Source: Guillardia theta CCMP2712 (lineage: Eukaryota > Protista > Cryptophyta). From it: a stretch of 64,000 nucleotides of DNA. Positions 59,001 through 64,000 of this stretch are shown here, in pieces. The notes under the pieces are model-generated. The model did not search any database. It was given only the letters and a program-made list of their open reading frames with translations, and had not been told where the DNA came from. The translations under genes and the position numbers were made by a program. The stretch covers positions 1 to 64,000 of the forward strand of contig NW_005434461.1 of assembly GCF_000315625.1 (NCBI RefSeq), in the 5' to 3' direction. Within the stretch, counting starts at the first letter, position 1. Each line of letters starts with the position of its first letter.

Positions 59001-60595
59001 AGCTCTCGCCTTTGAGGTGGAACCCGGGTTGGCATATCCAATCGCACGACTGCGATGCCGTAGAGAAGTCGGAGGAGTAGATGGAGTTGGGAGGGATGGA
59101 GTTGTTGCACAGCACGCACGGCAAGTCAAGCATCACATACGGCGACGGCACACCAGAGACAAGCAGACGAGCCTCACGGTCGGGCATGGAGAAAGACGTC
59201 AAAGTTGACCCCCTGCCGTCGCTCATCATGTACATGGTCGAGAAGTAGGTGTTCTGCAAGCCGATTGCGACCCGCAAGGTGTTGTTGGCAAAGAAAGTCA
59301 CCTCGAAGATGAGATTCGGATGCCCCGGGAGCCCCGAGGTAGACGAGGTCCCCTCGAACCTCACCACGTATCCCCGCATGTCTCCCTCCCTGGTGGGGGT
59401 CCCGACGATCAGCTGGGCTGAAGTGTCTCCAGCTCCGACAAACAGAGTCGGGACGTAAGGATTGCTGGCTGACAGGGAGGTGTAGGTCGACCAGGCTTGT
59501 CCGAAGGTCAGGTAGCTATTGGACGATATGTACACCGATGATTGCACGTTGTTGCCTCCCACGCAGAAGGGAAACCCAAGGTCCGGCACTCTCCAGCTCC
59601 CGTCATCGACAGAGCTTGGCGAGAGGATGTAGGACCAATTTCTTCCTACCGCCAGGTCTGACTTGAGGTAGGACGTGTTGAGGATCGTCGCATTCGGAGG
59701 GCCTTGGAAGTGCGCAGGCGCTGGGTCGGCAGTCGCGGAGTCTCGATACCTCGTGGAGCAGAAGTCTGGGGTCTGACCTTGCGGGCATCCCACGTACACG
59801 ATCAGTATCCGCATGTTGCAAGACGCCGGCCAGTACAAGCCGTCGCTGCTGCGTAGAGAGGAGCCTCCATTGGAGCAATACCAGCAGTTTGTGCGATAGT
59901 ATGAGCCGCTTTCGACCAACATGTAATCGGTTCCCCAAGTGTACTGACTGATGACTTCTCTCGATAGCCAGTCATCCGGAGCGATGGCCCAGCCCTTCGG
60001 CAGCCGCAAGGCTTGTGTCTGGCAGTCTTCGTTGCTGCTTGTCCTCTCCGACATGTAGTATGTGCCGTCGAGGGTGGCAAACTTTCTGCCGCCGTACATG
60101 ACGCTAGGAAGATCGTCTCCGCGCCGCTCTCCATCATCCTCGGATATCTGATAAATGTAAGGTCAGCAGCTGATGCTTCAGAGATCGTCATGTTACCACG
60201 GAGTTGTCGCGGAGCGAGTACTTGCTGTCCGCAGATCCCACAGATCGCTGGAGGTCGACATGAAGCGCTCTCAAGTGCGCATTTGATGATGCAAGCGAAG
60301 TAGAAACTCCTTTGCGATGAGCTCGATCGCCTTGACTCATCGGGCGCAGCTTGTCAGAAGCCGGCATCTTGCTTGAAGAGGAGCGCAGCTGACGGTCAAG
60401 AGAGTCCTCCTGAGCGATCAATTGCTGGATCTCCATCAGGCGTGAGGTGATGGGGGACGAGGCAGATCTCTGAGAGGGGCTGGTAGGCTGTTGATGCAGA
60501 GCATCGTCTCCTGTGGCTGAAACAGAAGCAGAGACAGAGAAAACAAGAAGGAAAGCGAAAACAATCCCAAGACTCATCAGGCTGATGCGAGCCAT
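53095..60595 (-). CDS. Giant (~2,450 aa) secreted Cys-rich multi-repeat protein with NIDO-like and CUB domains; 3' end uncertain
   Basis: The signal-peptide exon (MARISLMSLGIVFAFLLVFSVSASVSA) splices in frame (..DNSV/ISEDDG..VMYGG) to a ~6.9-kb open exon. Many CxWxCxxG(Y/F)YxxxxxCxxC repeats; NIDO-like DLGFPFCVGG..VYISSNSYLTFG; CUB CRWIIQPPGASSISLNFTSFALEPGYDFLTI. Confidence 0.85.
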
Positions 60596-60964
60596 GTCGC
60601 GAGAAAATTGAGACTGGAAGAAGAGATCGGTCAGAACACAATATATTTGCAGGGCTTTAAAAGCACGATTAAGTCACAAGATAGTGAGAATGGTCGAGTG
60701 TTGGCAAGGTTTGCAGTCAAAGAGCTATGATTGCACTGCGAAACATCGGACTAGAGCTGAGATATTCGAAGGGGACAACATGAAGTGAGGAGAGGATGAT
60801 TCATTTCTAGAGCGATTGAGGAGGAGAGCAAGGAAAGGAAGCATTTGGAGGGCACAGGAGAGCAGAAGCCGGGCAAGGCCATGGCCATGGGGAGCGGGAG
60901 GGATCAAGAGGATAAGTGCCAGCGATCAAATAAAGGATACTAGTCGTCTTTGAGTAAAGGAGTG

Positions 60965-61520
60965 AGTCGTCCACCCCCTTTCCTCTCGAGTTCTGCGTGA
61001 CTACCCCGACCCTAATTGACTTAGGAAGTACCCCTCCCGTCGAAAGGCAATTAGTCAGCTACACACCCCTGTGATTAATGACCCACCCTAGCAACGCAGA
61101 CACGCCCGTGATCTTCTCTTCGACCACCGGTCCTGATGTCAACTTTGGTACTCGAGCAGTTGTGGAGCTAGTTGAATGTTCCCTCTTTCCACCCCACCCT
61201 GCCCTACCGTACCCTGCCCTACCGTGCCGTACCCACCACCTCAACCGAAAATTGATTTTAGTTCCCCTACCCCTCCTCATGATGCTCAACTCACTTCTAT
61301 TTGACATCCCTCTTGCTACGTCTCGTGGGCATACCCCTACTATGCCCTCCCACCCTACCCCTGTCTCTCGCTTAATTGCCCATTACTGAGATTCCATGGG
61401 GTCGTGACCCTTGTCAGAGTCTTGTCAGTGACCCCCGGCCCATTTTAGAACAGTGTCCTCTGAGTCACTGAAACTCCGGCAGCCCCGGGCCCGGGCTGAC
61501 TCCGGCAGCCCCGGACTTCG
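60965..61520. promoter_or_regulatory. Divergent intergenic region: TACCC array plus a GC island with TGAGTCA and a 16-nt direct repeat
   Basis: More than 15 ACCC/TACCC motifs at 60973-61410, ctgagtca at 61460, actccggcagccccgg at 61473 and 61499. Function inferred. Confidence 0.45.
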
Positions 61521-61542
61521 GCGGATCAGAGAGATCGGGCTC

Positions 61543-63654
61543 ATGGCGGGGGTAGAGGTCGCGCGGGCGGGAGGATATGAGCAGGGGGAGATGATGGACT
61601 GGGAGGACGGGAACAGACGTTGTCTCGTCAGGTAGACTGATGTTCCTCCTCCTGTATCCCCTCCCATGTCTGCGCTCTCTGGCTCTTTCTCTCTTTCCCA
61701 CTTGCTTGTCCTCCTCGGACTGCTGTTTGACGCTTGATCCTGGTAAGGTTTCGCCATGGCGAGGAGACATGCTGGATCAATGACAGTTTGATCCGTCTGA
61801 TACCCGAAGAGCATGATCGCGCTGGGTTCAGTCCGTCTCCCGGGGATGTTGTCGAGGCAGCGTTGCCCGACGAGAATGGGAACTTGAGGTACTGGTGGGA
61901 AGGAGTAGTGAACGAGGCAAAAGGAAATTTCTTTGTCGTCGAGTTTCCCCATGAGCGACACTCGAAGAAGAAGGAAGTGGTAGAATTGGATCATCTCAGG
62001 CCAACTTACGGACACCCTACGTTGTGCATCGAAAAGAAGATGATCGAATTTCCTCCGAACATGCAAGCCTCCAATGAAAGAGTTGAGAAGTTCCTTGATT
62101 CCAAACTCAAGAACGTCATCGGCATTGTAAGCATGCATTGCTTTCTTCCTCCAATCCTTTATTAACTCTCCATTTCTAGAGAGGACTGATGACGTCGAAG
62201 CTGGATGTTGAGAACAGACATTTATGCTTGATAGGAACGGTTGTGACTCTGACCTTGCCTTGACGATTTCATATTGACTTCCCTATAGCTTCCTGCAGTG
62301 GAGGTTGCCTCAAATCTCGTGGATATAATCTTCACACAAGTATGCTGAAGATGAGACAAGTGGAACTCGATCTGACAGTCTTTCGAGGCCATACACATGA
62401 ATCTCGTGAACAATGCGCAGAAGAATACAGTGAGTAGCTTCCTGATTGTACATCGTTTGAAGTGAAGGTGTGAACAGGAATTTATCAACGTGGAGAAGAA
62501 ATATGGTGACCTCGACTTTGCAGTTGCTCTTCGCTGGCTCTGACAAAGGTTGGCAGCATGCGTGAGCTTCCAAGTTGATCCCAGGTACCTGGGGCTCGTG
62601 ATCGGACCCCAAGGAAGAAACTTGAAACCAGCCAAGGAGATTCAAGGTGAAACAAGTCGGATTGCTCTGCTCATTGTAATGAATGCGCGTGAAGGCATTC
62701 AGAGCATCGATGTGTATGCCAACGGACTTGTCAACATCTACGGGGACAATCAGAATGTGTGAATCTTATAGCACTGCTGCTATCTCGGTCTTGGTCTTTC
62801 CTGACACTCCTCTGCTTCATACCAGGTGGTGGAAGAAGCTCGGAAGGAGCTGGAGCTGGTGACAGAGAAGTAGGTCGGGTTTGAGAGTTGGAGTGATGTT
62901 GATCGATGTGCTCGAAGCATTCCAATCCATCGGAATCAAGTTGGGCTGATCATAGGGAAGGGAGGATCCCAGGTAAGGAAAAGTTCTCCTTTGGATTGAA
63001 GAATGTCGATGTGAGGTTGAGATTGTTAGATCATTGAGCTGCAAAAGTTTTCGTCCTCTCGAATGGTCGTCAAGCAGGTTGGACGATCAGCGAATATCCT
63101 TGTGTGGGAAATTTTGTTTTATCTTGTTTGCAGGTGGAGGATACTGAAGAAGCATATTACATCCAAATGTTTGGAACTCGGCATTCAATAGAGACGGGGC
63201 AGGTGATTTTTCATCGCTTTCAAGCTGCGATAAGGTCAGCTGACGCTATCTTAGGCGCTTGTCAAATATTTGATCTCAACTTTCCAAGAGAAAGAGGAGA
63301 AGCAGGTCATTGATTGAAGCTTTCAGACTCTTCTCTCCTCTTCTCTACTGCCTCTTCCATTCCTCTCTCCTTCACCCGTCTCTCCTCTTTTCTCTTCTCC
63401 TTCTCTCCCTCCCTTTTCCCTCTCTCCCTCTGTCTGTTTTGCTTCGCTCCCTCCATCTTCATTTGCTCTTGCCCCCTTTCAATCCCGCTTGTTTCCTCGT
63501 CTCTGAGTGATTCTCCCCTTTCCAGGCTTTGATATCGAATCTTTCCGACGAGCTGAGAACCATGTCCCATCGCAAGCTCAGACCTGGACGGAGGAGGCAG
63601 GAGGGCGTCAATGATGTCGCAAGTTCCCAACAGAACCTTACGCCTTCAACTCAA

Positions 63655-63692
<38 letters not shown>

Positions 63693-64000
63693 CCAGCAAC
63701 AGCACCAGCACCAGCACCAGCACCAGCACCAGCACCAGCACCAGCAGCAGAACTCAACAGAAATCTTTCAAGATGTGCAGGACCCAGCCGAGCTCAGGAA
63801 AATGGAGTCAACAGTTATTGCCAGCCACAAACCAGCGGCAGCAGAACCTGTTCCTTCCCAGCGAAGAAGAGTGAGTGAAGAAGAGAACGGTTGGAGAAGT
63901 ACTGACGAGATTTCAGAGGAGAGATACGTCAGCTACGGAAGACAGCACTTCTTCGAACTCCTCTCCCTTCCTCTCCGACCATGCTCGGCTCGAAACGTGG
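61543..64000 (+). CDS. FMRP/FXR-like RNA-binding protein (tandem Agenet/Tudor, KH domains, Q/H-rich tail), truncated at the window end
   Basis: Agenet: PGDVVEAALPDENGNLRYWWEGVVNEAKGNFFVVEF..EVVELDHLRP. KH1: FQVDPRYLGLVIGPQGRNLKPAKEIQGIQSIDV..VNIYGDNQNVVEEARKELELVTEK. KH2: IPIHRNQVGLIIGKGGSQIIELQK..IQMFGTRHSIE. Confidence 0.8.

Noticed and set aside
53137-60099. Giant protein as a diversity-generating-retroelement target or viral insertion
   Set aside because: No reverse transcriptase, no template/variable repeat pair differing at adenines, and no viral hallmark genes. The gene has a spliceosomal intron after its signal-peptide exon.
2140-64000. Several RNA-binding genes in one window (CCCH, CLU, Prp4, R3H, FXR-like) as a functional cluster
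   Set aside because: They are interspersed with unrelated genes and belong to common families; no evidence beyond chance.

Overview
Eukaryotic nuclear DNA from a draft assembly (three 100-N gaps), not a prokaryote. Gene-dense, with GT-AG introns of two kinds: short ~45-55 nt ones and longer ones filled with polypurine/polypyrimidine simple repeats. An RWP-RK transcription factor and signal-peptide + Phe + transit-peptide presequences suggest an alga with a red-derived complex plastid, probably a cryptophyte (inference). Recognisable genes: M16-type metallopeptidase (3' part), triple-CCCH zinc-finger protein, C2...WW protein, FAD-dependent amine oxidoreductase, RWP-RK factor, PX protein, cytochrome P450, AP-3 mu subunit, CLU-domain/LRR protein, Prp4, ketopantoate reductase, Lon-N-domain protein, R3H protein, a ~2,450-aa secreted multi-repeat protein, and an Agenet/KH protein with FMRP/FXR architecture (cut by the window end). 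A ~1.9-kb unit is tandemly repeated about 2.5 times (17.2-21.9 kb). Most notable: (1) the giant secreted protein with eight copies of an unrecognised ~90-110-aa PxGWxxAP...W module; (2) the FMRP/FXR-like gene in a non-animal; (3) a recurring intergenic grammar of GGGGT(AC) arrays, GC/GACTC islands and a 23-nt ATTTTTAACTTAACTTTGAGTAA motif, which also forms inverted repeats beside the tandem array; (4) an apparently plastid-targeted ketopantoate reductase; (5) intron lengths that may differ by about one nucleosome. Exon structures were read by eye and many gene ends are approximate.
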